This document shows, in pieces, positions 26,062 through 26,144 of a DNA stretch of 26,144 nucleotides. The stretch's first letter is position 1, and each line of letters starts with the position of its first letter. The translations under genes and the position numbers were made by a program. Location: assembly GCA_030637655.1 (NCBI GenBank), contig DAOWGI010000038.1, positions 1-26,144 of the forward strand, written 5' to 3'. Under the pieces are notes generated by a model. That model was not told the origin of the DNA and made no database searches. It was given only the letters and a program-made list of their open reading frames with translations. Origin of the DNA: a candidate division FCPU426 bacterium (GTDB lineage: Bacteria; Oederibacteriota; JAAXVQ01; JAUVAV01).

Positions 26062-26144
26062 GGATTCTCCGGGCAGGCCCGGGAGTATCTATGTAAACCC
26101 TTGATTAACAAATGTTCTATGAGAATCCTCGGTCGAGCCCCGGA
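26062..26144. repeat. Degenerate REP-like palindromic element cut by the window end
   Basis: CTCCGGGC-AG-GCCCGGGAG hairpin, GGATTCTC (26062-26069)/GAGAATCC (26121-26128), then CCTCGGTCGAGCCCCGGA. Confidence 0.35.

Noticed and set aside
1-26144. tRNA, rRNA, riboswitch (cobalamin or SAM), transposase, integrase or defence genes
   Set aside because: None recognised by eye. A covariance-model search (Infernal/Rfam) would be needed to exclude structured RNAs in the intergenic regions.

Overview
Bacterial chromosomal window, probably from an anaerobic diderm (inferred from three radical SAM enzymes, two of them B12-binding, and a beta-barrel-like exported protein). The left part (1-7.9 kb) is a patchwork: a KamA-family radical SAM aminomutase-like gene with non-lysine substrate residues, a GT-A glycosyltransferase, two orphan receiver proteins, a FadL/PorV-like outer-membrane protein, a Fic gene remnant and a FabX/NMO-family flavoprotein. 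The right part (8.0-25.9 kb) is a surface-glycan locus with three GT-C-like membrane proteins, three class I SAM methyltransferases, two B12-binding radical SAM enzymes, a Wzx flippase, one GT2 and three GT4s. No Wzz, initiating transferase or nucleotide-sugar enzyme was recognised. The intergenic spacers are dense with small palindromic elements of several kinds. The clearest unexplained structure is a ~138-bp MITE-like element present twice in opposite orientations (about 5562-5797 and 17243-17380). Each copy has imperfect 13-bp terminal inverted repeats, its own 7-bp flanking direct repeat and an internal REP doublet. The first copy has additionally gained two precise insertions of a related 38-39-nt micro-element and one inverted duplication. 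All calls come from reading the sequence and motifs by eye; no database searches were run.
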